Made by a program: the position numbers and the translations under genes. The notes beneath the pieces are model-generated. The model worked only from the letters and a program-made list of their open reading frames with translations, was not told the origin of the DNA and searched no databases. From contig JAFZKY010000021.1 in the NCBI GenBank assembly GCA_017551725.1, positions 2,547 through 66,546 of the forward strand: a stretch of DNA of 64,000 nt, written 5' to 3'. This document shows positions 26,800-37,310 of this stretch, piece by piece (position 1 is the stretch's first letter; each line of letters begins with the position of its first letter). This stretch comes from Bacteroidales bacterium. GTDB taxonomy: Bacteria > Bacteroidota > Bacteroidia > Bacteroidales > WCHB1-69.

Positions 26800-27728
26800 C
26801 TTTTCTTCAAATCCCTTACTTTGTAGTTTTTCCAGCGGTATTTGTCCAGGGCGGGATTGCGGTAGCTTTCGTCTATTCTCAGATGTTGCTTCTTAAAAAC
26901 ATAGTTGTTGACAAAATCCTCCATCAGATTCCCGTGTATGAAATATACGATGGCTACCTCGTGGCCCATTTCCCGATAGCGGCGGAAATAGTATGGATAA
27001 TCGTATTTCTCAAAACGTTTCACAATGGCGCTGCTGCCGTAGAAGCCGATGTTGGCGAATTCCGTCTGCTTGTAATTGACCAGATTGTCGGCAGTGCCGT
27101 GGCAGAAGAGCGTGGGCGCCGGCGGCTGCACGCGGTATTTGACCCGTCCGTTGGTGGAGAAGATGCCGCCGGCGAATGACATCACCCCGGCGTAGCGGAA
27201 CGTGTCGGGCAGTTGGGTGGCATTGTGCATCCGGTTGCCCAGGAAATAGTCGGCCTGCAAGGCGGTGATGGCCCCGGCACTGTTCCCCATCGTCACAATA
27301 TATGCCGGATCGATGGTGTATTGCGGCGTTTTTAATAAATTCTTCAGGAGATAGGAGGTCGCGTCAATCAGATCCTCCGCAGCCATGTCGATGGCCAGTC
27401 GGAATTTCTTGACCCCGGAAACTATCGAATAATGTTGCAACCCTTTCAATCCCAGACGGTAATCGATGGCCACAAAGACGAACCCATGCTCCAATGCCCA
27501 GCGCTTGATCGGGTTGACCTGTGCGGTGTCGTTGCGCGAACCGTTGATGAACCCGCCGCCGAAAATATAAATCAGGCACGCATGTTGGTCGTTCTGCTTG
27601 ACAGGCGCATAGACGTCCATTTTCAAGTGGTGGGTGTCCTTGACCACATACTCGTAGGTTTGCTTTTTTTGAGCGATGGCGGACAATACCATCAGCATCA
27701 GCAGCGATAGGGTGAGAATCTTTTTCAT
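26796..27728 (-). CDS. Secreted alpha/beta hydrolase (carboxylesterase)
   Basis: Signal peptide, FGGGF oxyanion motif, GNSAG nucleophile, HGTAD and GH motifs. Confidence 0.85.
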   Translation of the reverse strand: MKKILTLSLLMLMVLSAIAQKKQTYEYVVKDTHHLKMDVYAPVKQNDQHACLIYIFGGGFINGSRNDTAQVNPIKRWALEHGFVFVAIDYRLGLKGLQHYSIVSGVKKFRLAIDMAAEDLIDATSYLLKNLLKTPQYTIDPAYIVTMGNSAGAITALQADYFLGNRMHNATQLPDTFRYAGVMSFAGGIFSTNGRVKYRVQPPAPTLFCHGTADNLVNYKQTEFANIGFYGSSAIVKRFEKYDYPYYFRRYREMGHEVAIVYFIHGNLMEDFVNNYVFKKQHLRIDESYRNPALDKYRWKNYKVRDLKKS

Positions 27729-27841
27729 CGGCTTGAAATCAATACGTGAAACGTGCGGAAACGAATCTCTTTTAAAATGGGGTTTTTAGAATCGCAAAAA
27801 TAAGCAAAAAAAACGAGACCTGTTACAATCCGTTGCTCGTG

Positions 27842-27874
27842 AAAAAAATGACGGGTCGTGATGACCCGTCATTC
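27842..27874 (-). terminator. Terminator after the large T9SS substrate gene
   Basis: aatgacgggtc / gacccgtcatt stem with an A run on the plus strand (U run in the minus transcript). Confidence 0.75.
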
Positions 27875-27899
27875 TATGATTGTTACAAAAAGTATGCTA

Positions 27900-30800
27900 C
27901 TATTTGCGGACCACCTTGCGGGTGGCGATGCCGTTCTCTGTGGCGACGCGCAGGAAGTAGGTGCCCGTGGCGAACTGGCCGAGGCTGACCTCAACGGAAT
28001 TGCCGTCGGCGGGTACTGTCTCCAACAACTGGCCGAAGACATTGTACACGGACACGTTCAGCACTCTGTCGGCGCAACGCACCACACACTTGTCGGTGGT
28101 GGGGTTCGGGTAGAGTTCAATGGCAGCCTCATATCCCTGGATGCCCGACACCGTGTAAATGGCGATCTCGCTGCTCACCATACCAGCTTTCATGGCGATG
28201 GCTTTGATGGTGGTGCCACCACCCACGATGAAGGATTCGTTGTAGGCATCAGAAGTGTTGGTCGGGGTGGTGCCGTCCGTGGTGTAGTAGATGGAAGCTC
28301 CGTCGGTGGCGCAGGCGATGCTCACGCTGTGCATACCGTTGGTGAGCGGACTCACGGTGATAACCGGAGTGGCTACTGTGTCTTGTGCGACAGTGGAGAA
28401 TACAATGTCGTTGTTGCCTCTCGGTGCTAACTGGATGTTGCTGTTGTAACGCAACACAAAGCCAGTGACGTCGGCCACCTGGCCGGCAGGAATCGTCATG
28501 TCGAGGTTCTTGAACACGCTACGAACCACCATAGTGGAACCGTTCTGTTCAATATTGGCATTGCTGGGCGTTCCGTTTGTGAAGGTGGCTCCGTCGGTAA
28601 AGGTTACCTGCTGCAGTGTGACCAGACGGGATTCGAAGTTGTCGTATTGGCTGGCGATAGTGGCCACATCGGTGATGACTGGAGCCACCGCACCGGTGTT
28701 GGTGGTGGAAGCCGCGATGTTATGGGTGGGCTTCATTTCCACCAGGCCGTTGTACAGCGTGTAGGTGCCGTAGATACCGCCGCTGATGACGTCGCCCTCG
28801 GTGTAGGTGCCGTTGATGGTGTCGCCAACATCGTAGATGAGCAGACCGCCGGTGGCATCCTGGATATAGAAGTTGGCGCCGTTTTCATACACGAAAGTCA
28901 CATCTCCCGTAATCTTGTAGATTGTGTTGTTGGTGGTAGTATTGGCTGCCTTGAAGGCGGCGATGTTGTCCACGGGCACCGGGAAGGTGTATGTGGCAGT
29001 GGCTATGCCGCTGGCTTCATGACCTGTTTGGAAAGCCTTGGCCTTCACTGTGGTGTTGGTGGAAACCGTAAACGGAGCCGTGTAATGTGTGGAAGCCGTC
29101 GTAGGCGTAGTGCCATCTGTGGTGTAATAGATGTCTGCACCTTGCGTGGGACAGGTGATGCTCACTTGGACGGGATTATAGGAGAAACCACTGTTCGGGC
29201 TGATGACAGGCGTCTCCACCGGTGCGGGCGGAGCCGGTGCAGTGACAGTATAGGTGGCGGTTGTCGTGTTGCTCGGCAGCCAGAACATTCCATCCGCCTC
29301 TGCGGAGATGGTGTATGTGCCCGGCGTGTTCAGCACGATGGGACCGGTATAGACTTGATTGGCAGCGCCATTCAGGGAATAACTTATGAGGGCACTCGGC
29401 TCGGAGCAGGCAATGGTGACGTTGATCAGCGTGTCGCTCGTGCCGGTAGCCGGCGTGAAGGTGGGTGCCGGCAGCTTGGTCATCGCGATGAGGGCAATGT
29501 GACGTGTCATCGTGTCGCCCGTCACCGTAAGGGTGCCAAAGCCCGGATAGTTGCTGCAGTTGTACGAAATCTGCACATTGGCAGAGTTGGTGCCTACCGG
29601 AATGGTGGCCGGTGAGAAGTTGAAGCAGGAGTTGTCACTCGTGATAGTGATGGGGGTGGTGACAAAGGCAGAGGTAACATCAAAGGAATATCCCATAGGA
29701 ATACCGGTTGGATTATACAGCACCAAGGTGTCCACCGACACAGCCAAGGCAGGTTCGTGTGCGATGGTGTAGGTGGCTACAGCGGCGGCATCGGAAGGAT
29801 TCCAGTTGGTCAGGAAAGCCTTGGCCTTGACGGTGGTGTTCGTCGTGAGGGTGAACGGGCCTGTGTACAACGTGGAAGTCTCCGTGGGTTCGGTGTTATC
29901 CAGTGTGTAGCGGATAGCGGCATTCAGATTGCTGCATGAGATGGAAACATTCACGCTGTCGGGATAGGTGCCGTTTGCCGGTGTGATTGTCGGTACAGGA
30001 AGACTCGGCTTATGTGTGCGGAAATGCACCGTGTCGGTGGCAGGATGTGTCAGCGGCAGTGAGTCGAGGCCCACCAGGGAGACCACGGCCGTCATCCAGT
30101 TCTCCGGTAGCGGAGGTGCGATGCCATACGTGCGCAGAGCAGTCCAGGCTGCATTGTCCAGATAGATGGGGTTGGGCATGTTCATCATAGACAGGATGTT
30201 GCATTGGATTTTCAGCAGGCCGTCGGTGCCGACCGTGAAGTTCTGGATGTCAAAGTTGATGGGCAGGGTGTCAACGGTGCGATAGACTGCACCTTCCATG
30301 GGAGCCAAAATGGTGATGGAGGGTTGCGGCGTGCCGTCCACAATGTCGGCGTTGAAACGCGGAGAGAGCTCATACGTGGTGTTGAACTTCGTGGCGATGC
30401 CGGTCATGTTGGCCACCATGCCGTTGGCGATGGTCATATCTAGTGTTTTGAAAGCGTTGTACAGTGTCATGGAGTCGCCGTTCTGCACAAATATGATGTT
30501 GGCGCCTTGATCGCCGGAGGTGTAGGTTGTGCCTTGCGGGATGGTGACATCCGTGAGGGTTACCAAGTTGTTGGCGTAGAAATCGAAATTGCTTTTGATT
30601 TGGCTGATGGTGGCTGCCACAGGGGTTACGGTGCCGCCAGGAACTGCCGTCAGCGTGCCATTGGGGATAAATTCGGGTTGGTTCTGGTAGGTGGCGTACG
30701 TGCCGGTAAGCGTTCCCTGGAACACGTCGCCGGGTTGGAAGTTCAGACCGCCGCTCTGCTGGTACAGGACCAGACCGCCAGTGGCGTCTTGCAGGTAGAG

Positions 30801-31877
30801 GTTGTTGTTGCCCTTTTGGGCTGTCACCACAACATTGCCCGTAATGTGGTACAGTTGTGTGTTGTCGGCGGCACCGGCCGTCTTGAAGGCGGCGATGTTG
30901 GCCACAGGCACCGGGAAGGTGTAGGTGCTGGAAACAACCGGGCTGGCGGTATAGCCGGTGGCATACGCGATAGCCTTGATGGTGGTGGTCTGCGTCAGCG
31001 TGATGGGGGAGGAGTACAGGGTGGAGGTGTTGTCGGGCGTGCTGCCGTCAAGCGTGTAGTAGATGCTGGCGCCGGGCGTGGTGCAGCTGAGCGTCACGCT
31101 CGTGGAAGGCGTGGTGACAACTCCGCCGGCCGGGCTGAACGTAGGTGCATTGGCCATGTTGGTGCTGGATGCAGCCACAGCGTCCGCCCACGTGGTGGCC
31201 ACGCGGATGCCGTCCACCGTGATGTCCTGATTGTTGTTGTATTGGCGAAGGCATACGTAAGTAGCCGTGTTGGTTGTTGAGGTAGCCGTTGTCACAAATC
31301 CGCTGGTGGGTTGTGAGGATGGGAAATTGTCAAAAACGTATAAATTGCTATACCCCGTGGTGAAATTATGTTCGATGACGCCGAGATAGGTGTTGCCTGG
31401 CGTCACCGTCAGCATGTTCGTCGGGGTGGTGCTGTTTTGAGAAATGCCGACCTGTGTTCCGTTGGCCGAAACAAACACGCGGTCTGTGAAGCTGGTACTG
31501 CACGCACCAGAGGAATCAGCTTGTGCCAAGTGGAGGAAATATCCTGCATAGTTGGTCGTTCCAGTCTTGAACATAAAGGCCACATACAGGCTCCCTGAAG
31601 AGACCGTGCTGAACCCTTTGTCCACATCCTGACCGTTCTTGTTGACGATGGCCGCGCCGCCGATGCCGCTGCCGGCATAGCCGCTGAAGGCCAGTCCGTC
31701 GCCCACCAGTATGGGATTTGTGGTTCCGCCGCTGTGGGCCGCCCAGCCGTTGGCGGTCAACTGGCTGCCCACCGTGTAGTTGAAATCCTCCACAAGCAGC
31801 GCCTGCGCGAACGCACTCGTGCTGAAAACCATGCAACACAGCATCAGCACAAATTGTAGAATAAACGTCTTTTTCAT
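27900..31877 (-). CDS. Large T9SS-secreted protein with Fn3-associated/CHB_HEX_C repeats and duplicated OB-like modules
   Basis: Start at MKKTFILQ with a signal peptide. About 5 PTFSP...YYT.DG..P domains, two NIAAFK...Y.QDATGGL modules, and CTD LYPNP...YNVFGQ...GTYFLRV...KVVRK. Confidence 0.85.
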   Translation of the reverse strand: MKKTFILQFVLMLCCMVFSTSAFAQALLVEDFNYTVGSQLTANGWAAHSGGTTNPILVGDGLAFSGYAGSGIGGAAIVNKNGQDVDKGFSTVSSGSLYVAFMFKTGTTNYAGYFLHLAQADSSGACSTSFTDRVFVSANGTQVGISQNSTTPTNMLTVTPGNTYLGVIEHNFTTGYSNLYVFDNFPSSQPTSGFVTTATSTTNTATYVCLRQYNNNQDITVDGIRVATTWADAVAASSTNMANAPTFSPAGGVVTTPSTSVTLSCTTPGASIYYTLDGSTPDNTSTLYSSPITLTQTTTIKAIAYATGYTASPVVSSTYTFPVPVANIAAFKTAGAADNTQLYHITGNVVVTAQKGNNNLYLQDATGGLVLYQQSGGLNFQPGDVFQGTLTGTYATYQNQPEFIPNGTLTAVPGGTVTPVAATISQIKSNFDFYANNLVTLTDVTIPQGTTYTSGDQGANIIFVQNGDSMTLYNAFKTLDMTIANGMVANMTGIATKFNTTYELSPRFNADIVDGTPQPSITILAPMEGAVYRTVDTLPINFDIQNFTVGTDGLLKIQCNILSMMNMPNPIYLDNAAWTALRTYGIAPPLPENWMTAVVSLVGLDSLPLTHPATDTVHFRTHKPSLPVPTITPANGTYPDSVNVSISCSNLNAAIRYTLDNTEPTETSTLYTGPFTLTTNTTVKAKAFLTNWNPSDAAAVATYTIAHEPALAVSVDTLVLYNPTGIPMGYSFDVTSAFVTTPITITSDNSCFNFSPATIPVGTNSANVQISYNCSNYPGFGTLTVTGDTMTRHIALIAMTKLPAPTFTPATGTSDTLINVTIACSEPSALISYSLNGAANQVYTGPIVLNTPGTYTISAEADGMFWLPSNTTTATYTVTAPAPPAPVETPVISPNSGFSYNPVQVSITCPTQGADIYYTTDGTTPTTASTHYTAPFTVSTNTTVKAKAFQTGHEASGIATATYTFPVPVDNIAAFKAANTTTNNTIYKITGDVTFVYENGANFYIQDATGGLLIYDVGDTINGTYTEGDVISGGIYGTYTLYNGLVEMKPTHNIAASTTNTGAVAPVITDVATIASQYDNFESRLVTLQQVTFTDGATFTNGTPSNANIEQNGSTMVVRSVFKNLDMTIPAGQVADVTGFVLRYNSNIQLAPRGNNDIVFSTVAQDTVATPVITVSPLTNGMHSVSIACATDGASIYYTTDGTTPTNTSDAYNESFIVGGGTTIKAIAMKAGMVSSEIAIYTVSGIQGYEAAIELYPNPTTDKCVVRCADRVLNVSVYNVFGQLLETVPADGNSVEVSLGQFATGTYFLRVATENGIATRKVVRK

Positions 31878-31962
31878 GTTTTTGTGTTTTAAATTAATAA
31901 TGTATTGTGTCAATTTATTAATACTATCTTTAATTTTCAAAAACCAACCCTCAATCCCCAAC

Positions 31963-32030
31963 TTCAAAGTCAAAGTTCATAGCTCAAAGTATAATTATTA
32001 ATTGTTAATTGTAAATTATTAATTGTAAAC
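31963..32030. repeat. Bipartite ~7-nt tandem repeats (TTCAAAG-like; AATTRTW x5)
   Basis: ttcaaag tcaaag ttcatag ctcaaag followed by aattatt aattgtt aattgta aattatt aattgta. Confidence 0.8.
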
Positions 32031-33253
32031 TACTTACTCGCCTCCCTATAACTCAGCACCGCCCCTGTGTTGATGATGACGGCCATGACCGACAACACGA
32101 TGGTTTCCCTCATCACACTCTCAAACTCGCTGCCTTTCAATATCACTTTCTTTATCACTTCTATATAAAACGACATGGGATTGACATAGTTGATCTTGTG
32201 TGCCCATTCCGGCATTCCCTCGGTGGGGGTGAACACCCCGCTCAGCAGCACGAACACAATGAAGAGGAACAGCACGATGAACATGGACTGCAGCTGGTTT
32301 TCCGACACGCTGGAGATGAAGAAACCCAGTCCCAGCATGACAAACAGGTAGATGGCGGTGATGCCCAGCAGGAGGGGCAGGCTACCCTGCACCGAGATGC
32401 CGAACACGAACTTCATGATGATGAGGCCGGCGCCGAACTCCGCCATGCCGAGCAGCCAGAAGGGAATCATCTTGCCTAAAAGGAACTGCCACCGGCGGAT
32501 GGGTGTGACGTTCACCTGCTCAATGGTGCCGATTTCCTTTTCACGTACCAGGTTCAATGCCGTGACGTAGCAGCCAATCAGCGTTACCAGAATCACCAGG
32601 ATGCCGGGCACGATGAGGTTCTTGTAGTTCATCTGTTCATTATACCAATATATATTGGAAATGTTGATACGCACGGGTGTCTGGGGCACTACCGAGGTGG
32701 TGGGCATCACAATTGACGGGCGACGATCGTCCGAAGCGCGCGCCTTGCTCATTTCTTTCATCATCTCCTGCTGCATCATGGCCGTTGACATGCCGGTAGG
32801 GGTATGCGATGCGGCAAAATCCTGCATGTACCCGCCGATGATTTCCTGCACGTAACCCGTGCCGATGCCCGCCTTCACACTGTTGATGGCGTTGGCTGTG
32901 ACTGCAATCTGCGTGGATTCGTTTTTATACAGGGCCTCTTCAAAATGGCTCGGAAACTCGACCAACAGGTCAATCTTGTCGTGCTTCATCTTCTCATCCG
33001 CCTCTTTCTTACTGGTTAACAAACCTTTGGAAACAAAAATATTGGATGAGTTGAAACTGTGGATGATGTCTTTGGAAATCTGCGAGCGGTCGTTGTCGAT
33101 GAAGGCGATATTCAGTACCTTGATCTCATAGTCGGCGCAGAAGGGGAAGATCATGAACTCCACCATGGGCGCCACCACCAGGATGCTCAGCAGCAGGGGA
33201 TTTCGGAACACCTGTAGAAACTCTTTCTTTATCAGTATCAATATCGTCCGCAT
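32030..33253 (-). CDS. ABC-2 type transporter permease (YbhR-like)
   Basis: KEFLQVFRN, LVREKEIGTIEQVNVTPI and LLSGVFTP..GMP motifs. Confidence 0.93.
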   Translation of the reverse strand: MRTILILIKKEFLQVFRNPLLLSILVVAPMVEFMIFPFCADYEIKVLNIAFIDNDRSQISKDIIHSFNSSNIFVSKGLLTSKKEADEKMKHDKIDLLVEFPSHFEEALYKNESTQIAVTANAINSVKAGIGTGYVQEIIGGYMQDFAASHTPTGMSTAMMQQEMMKEMSKARASDDRRPSIVMPTTSVVPQTPVRINISNIYWYNEQMNYKNLIVPGILVILVTLIGCYVTALNLVREKEIGTIEQVNVTPIRRWQFLLGKMIPFWLLGMAEFGAGLIIMKFVFGISVQGSLPLLLGITAIYLFVMLGLGFFISSVSENQLQSMFIVLFLFIVFVLLSGVFTPTEGMPEWAHKINYVNPMSFYIEVIKKVILKGSEFESVMRETIVLSVMAVIINTGAVLSYREASK

Positions 33254-33255
33254 AG

Positions 33256-34362
33256 CTAATTCCGTTTATCCAATCGTGAAATACTGAATATAATGAAGAC
33301 CACCGCCATCCCAAACAATATTGCCAGATATAGCCAGATGTCGAAGAATCCGGACCCTTTGATCATCACATCCTTGATGGCCATGATGAACCATTTGGCC
33401 GGGAAGATGTTGGCCAGCACCTGGAACACCATCGGCATGCTGTTCAGCGGGAACAGGAAGCCCGACAGGAGCACCGTGGGGAGGAACAGCCCCATCATGG
33501 TGATCATCATGGCGTCCACCTGCGTGCGGCTGATGGAGGAGATGAGCATACCGAACGAGGCCGCCGTGAGCATGAAGATGATGCAGAGGAACAACAACAT
33601 CAGCAGACTGCCGTTGATCGGCATCTTGAACACTGTGACGCTGATGACCAGAATCGCAATCGTACTGATGAAGGAGATAATCATATAGGGAATAACCTTG
33701 CCTATGATGATATACAGTTTTTTCACCGGTGTGATCAGCAACATGCGCATGGTGCCCGTCTCCTTTTCACGGGCTAGCGTGATGGAACTCAAAAGGGCCG
33801 TCACCAGCACCATAATCAGCGTGATGATGCCCGGCACGAACATATAGACGCTGTTCGATTCAGGATTGTACAGCATCTTCACCGTGATGTCGAACGAGGA
33901 GGTGCTCTTGGTGATCTGGTCGTTGTAGTCGGATGCATACCCCTGCACCACCGCCCGTACGTAGTTGTTCAGGATCGAGGCCACGTTCAGGTCCGACACG
34001 TCGTTGATGACCTGCAAGGTGACGGTGCTCTCCTTGGAGAGCGATTCCTCGAAGTTGGGCGGTATTATCAAGGCCAGTTTTATATCCTTGTTTTTAAAAT
34101 CATTGTCAATCTCCAACTCGTTGTTGGGATAGGAGACGACTTGGAAATAGCCGGAGGCGGACAGCCGGTCAACCAGAGCTTTGGACTGAGTGTCCATCGA
34201 TTGGTCCAGGACGGAGATTTTCGCGTTGCGGATGTCGGTGCTGATGGTGAAACCGAAGAGGAGTACCAGGGCGATGGGCATGGCCAGCACCAGCGACAGC
34301 GTGATGGTGTCGCGGATGATGTGGATGAACTCCTTCTTCAATATCATTCTCAACTCTTTCAT
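33256..34362 (-). CDS. ABC-2 type transporter permease (YbhS-like)
   Basis: KEFIHIIRD, AREKETGT and LLSGFLFPL motifs. Confidence 0.93.
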   Translation of the reverse strand: MKELRMILKKEFIHIIRDTITLSLVLAMPIALVLLFGFTISTDIRNAKISVLDQSMDTQSKALVDRLSASGYFQVVSYPNNELEIDNDFKNKDIKLALIIPPNFEESLSKESTVTLQVINDVSDLNVASILNNYVRAVVQGYASDYNDQITKSTSSFDITVKMLYNPESNSVYMFVPGIITLIMVLVTALLSSITLAREKETGTMRMLLITPVKKLYIIIGKVIPYMIISFISTIAILVISVTVFKMPINGSLLMLLFLCIIFMLTAASFGMLISSISRTQVDAMMITMMGLFLPTVLLSGFLFPLNSMPMVFQVLANIFPAKWFIMAIKDVMIKGSGFFDIWLYLAILFGMAVVFIIFSISRLDKRN

Positions 34363-34370
34363 ATCCGGCC

Positions 34371-35090
34371 CTATCGTTTAACAAATTTCACAAACACATC
34401 GTTGATGGTGTCCACTCCCATCTGCTGCTTCAACTCTCCGGGTGTGCCGATGAGCTTGATTTGCCCTTCTGCCATGATGGAGATGCGGTTGCAATACTCC
34501 GCCTCGTCCATATAGTGGGTGGTCACCAGGATGGTGACGCCCTTGGACGCTGCAAGGTAAATCAGTTTCCAGAACTCGCGGCGCACGATGGGATCCACGC
34601 CGGAGGTGGGTTCGTCCAAAAAGACAATCTTCGGGCGATGGAGGATGGCAGTGGCGAAGGCCAGCTTCTGCTTCCAACCGAGGGGGATGGAATCCACCAG
34701 TGTGTTGGCCTGCTTCTCCATGTCCAACTCGCGCAAACTGTCCATAATGCGCTCTTTCAGCTCTTTGCGTGGAATCTTGTAGATAGTCCCGAACAGCTGC
34801 ATGTTCTCAAACACCGTGAGATCCCCGTATAGCGAAAACTTCTGGCTCATATAGCCGATGTTGCGCTTGATGAGTTTCGATTGCGTGCGTATGTCGTAAC
34901 CGGCAATCATCGCCGTGCCCGATGTGGGCAGCAGCAAGCCGCTCATCATCTTGATGGCCGTGGTCTTGCCCGCCCCGTTGGCCCCCAGGAAGCCGAAAAT
35001 CTCCCCTTCCCGCACCTCGAAACAGATGTGGTCAACAGCGGTGAAATCACCGAATTGCTTGGTCAGTTGGTTGGCTTCTATGCTGTACAT
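34371..35090 (-). CDS. ABC transporter ATP-binding protein (YbhF C-half-like)
   Basis: GANGAGKTT, YMSQKFSLY, LDEPTSGVDP and TTHYMDEAE motifs. Confidence 0.94.
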   Translation of the reverse strand: MYSIEANQLTKQFGDFTAVDHICFEVREGEIFGFLGANGAGKTTAIKMMSGLLLPTSGTAMIAGYDIRTQSKLIKRNIGYMSQKFSLYGDLTVFENMQLFGTIYKIPRKELKERIMDSLRELDMEKQANTLVDSIPLGWKQKLAFATAILHRPKIVFLDEPTSGVDPIVRREFWKLIYLAASKGVTILVTTHYMDEAEYCNRISIMAEGQIKLIGTPGELKQQMGVDTINDVFVKFVKR

Positions 35091-35093
35091 GCC

Positions 35094-35213
35094 GGGTTAG
35101 TAGTCAGGGGTCAGTAGTCAGGGGTTAGGGGTCAGTATTTAGTGATTAGTAGTTGTTGTTTTAATATTTCTAACTATTAATTGTAAACTATTAATTGTTA
35201 ATTGTTAATTGTT
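35094..35213. repeat. Bipartite 7-nt tandem repeats (GGGTYAG/TAGTCAG-like x8; AAYTRTW x6)
   Basis: gggttag tagtcag gggtcag tagtcag gggttag gggtcag tatttag tgattag, then aactatt aattgta aactatt aattgtt aattgtt aattgtt. Confidence 0.85.
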
Positions 35214-36125
35214 TCTTTGCACTATCTCAATAAAGCAGTCCTCCACAGAGGGTTGGATGGCTTGGATTTCGCCGTGCGACTGGTTGTGTTCCGCCAGAAA
35301 CTGTTTGAAAGCGGGCATGGCGGTGTCCATATCTTCGTAGAAAGCAATGTGGCAGTGTTCCCCGTATGGGTAGTAGTTGCAATCAAGCGGGCACTTCTCC
35401 AGCACCTGCATCAGGGAGAAGATGTCATCGCTCTGGAAGGTGTATAGTTTACCTTTGAATTGGTCAATGATGGTTTGTGGCGGATTTACGCCTATGATTT
35501 TTCCGTTCTGTATCAGGGCGATGCGGTCGCAGCGGGTGGCCTCGTCCATATAGGGCGTGGACACCATGACGGTTATATTCTGGCTGCGGATGGATTTGAG
35601 AATGTCCCAGAACTCCTTGCGGGATACAGGATCCACGCCCGTCGTGGGCTCGTCGAGGAAGAGGACGCGTGGACGGTGGATGAGGGCGCAGCAGAGGGCC
35701 AGTTTCTGCTTCATGCCACCGGACAACTTGCCCGCCTTGCGGTCCTTGAACGGGGAAATCTGCTTCCAAATGGGCTCGATGAGTGCCATGTTCTCCTCAA
35801 TGCTGCTCTTGTACATCACCGCGAAGAAATCCAGGTTCTCCTGCACGCTGAGGTCGGGGTAGAGCGAGAAGGTGCCGGGTAAGTAGCCGATAACCTGACG
35901 CACGGACTTGTAGTCGCGGATGACATCCATCCCGAAGAGGCTGATTTCGCCCCCGTCGGGAAGCAGCAGGGTGGTGAGAATGTTGAACAATGAGGACTTG
36001 CCCGCACCGTCAGGGCCTACCAGACCGAAGACCTCACCCTCCTCCACCTCAAGGGTGATATCCTTGAGGGCGGCGGTCTTGCCGTCGTATGTCTTGTTGA
36101 CTCCGCGAATGTTGATGGCGCTCAC
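35205..36125 (-). CDS. ABC transporter ATP-binding protein (YbhF N-half-like)
   Basis: GPDGAGKSS, LSGGMKQKL, LDEPTTGVDPVSR and STPYMDEA motifs. Confidence 0.94.
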   Translation of the reverse strand: MSAINIRGVNKTYDGKTAALKDITLEVEEGEVFGLVGPDGAGKSSLFNILTTLLLPDGGEISLFGMDVIRDYKSVRQVIGYLPGTFSLYPDLSVQENLDFFAVMYKSSIEENMALIEPIWKQISPFKDRKAGKLSGGMKQKLALCCALIHRPRVLFLDEPTTGVDPVSRKEFWDILKSIRSQNITVMVSTPYMDEATRCDRIALIQNGKIIGVNPPQTIIDQFKGKLYTFQSDDIFSLMQVLEKCPLDCNYYPYGEHCHIAFYEDMDTAMPAFKQFLAEHNQSHGEIQAIQPSVEDCFIEIVQRNN

Positions 36126-36130
36126 TGGTT

Positions 36131-36170
36131 GTTGAATTGTTTAATTGTTGAATGGTTGGATTGTTTATTT
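36131..36170. repeat. 8-nt tandem repeat x5 (GTTGAATT-like)
   Basis: gttgaatt gtttaatt gttgaatg gttggatt gtttattt fills the intergenic gap. Confidence 0.75.
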
Positions 36171-37103
36171 GAAAACCACGTCGCCGGGCATGCCGATTTT
36201 GGCGGAGCCGTCATTCTTGAAACTGACCTTCACCGCATACACGAGGTTGACGCGCTCGTTCTTGGTCTGGATCATCTTGGGGGTGAATTCCGCTTTGGGT
36301 GAAATCCAGGTCACCGTGCCGTCCAGCTTGATTGCCTTGCCGTCCTTGTTGTCCAGACGGACGATGGCCTTTTGCCCTAATTTTACAGATGCCAGCGCAT
36401 CCTCCGTGATATAGACTTTGATGAACATGTTGGTCAGGTCGGCCATCTTGAACAGCGGTTTGCCCTGGTAGGCCAACTCGTTCTCCTCGATGTATTTGTT
36501 GATGATGGTGCCCGTGATGGGGGCTTTGATCTTGCAACTCTCCATCACATGGCGCAGCTGTTGCAGCTGGAAGCGCATGGCCTCAACCTCCTCCAGCAAC
36601 GACTGGTCTTGGGTGGAGAGTGTGGAGCGGGTGGCGGCCATCTGGCTCTTGGTGATGTTGATTTCGGCTTGGATGTCATCCATCTGCTTGGTGGAGGCGG
36701 CGTTGGCCTCGATGAGGTTGTGTACGCGCTGCTTCTCCTTGTTGAGGGTGGCCAGTTTGTCTTCTAGCACCTTGATTTGGGAAGTGGCGTTCGGGCGGCG
36801 GGCCAGCACGGCATTGATGGAGGCTTCCAATTGCTTGATTTGCAGATAGGTCTGCATGGTGTCAATGCAGCCCAGCGTTTGGCCGGCCTCATACGCCTGT
36901 CCTTCCTCTATGTTGAAGGTCAGCATCTTGCCATTGCTTTCCGAGGAAACGGTGATTTCCGTCGCCTCGCAAACGCCGTAGGCATCGGCGTCGCCCTTGT
37001 TCTTTTTGCAACTCGTTCCTGACAATAGCAAACCGGCGAGCAGCACGAGGATGCCCAATTTCAACGATTTTGGCGCGAAGCCTGTTCCTTGTATTATGTT
37101 CAT
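36165..37103 (-). CDS. HlyD-family periplasmic adaptor (YbhG-like), probable lipoprotein
   Basis: GTSC lipobox-like signal, EATEITVSSE, coiled coil, KAEFTPK.IQT..ER..LVYAVK...KIGMPG. Confidence 0.92.
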   Translation of the reverse strand: MNIIQGTGFAPKSLKLGILVLLAGLLLSGTSCKKNKGDADAYGVCEATEITVSSESNGKMLTFNIEEGQAYEAGQTLGCIDTMQTYLQIKQLEASINAVLARRPNATSQIKVLEDKLATLNKEKQRVHNLIEANAASTKQMDDIQAEINITKSQMAATRSTLSTQDQSLLEEVEAMRFQLQQLRHVMESCKIKAPITGTIINKYIEENELAYQGKPLFKMADLTNMFIKVYITEDALASVKLGQKAIVRLDNKDGKAIKLDGTVTWISPKAEFTPKMIQTKNERVNLVYAVKVSFKNDGSAKIGMPGDVVFK

Positions 37104-37310
37104 CGTTTGTAAAATTTATTCAATACTTTAATTCACAACACTTTGAAAAAAGCCAAAGATACTCATTATAAGAGTGGCAAAGGTATATTTTTTTTTGATA
37201 TAAACAAAACATTGTTGATAGAATACTCTGGGTAATATTTGCCATCAGATGTTTCGGGATTTGCAAATTTAATTGTATCTTTGCCGCTCATAAAGATAAG
37301 AATGGCTACT

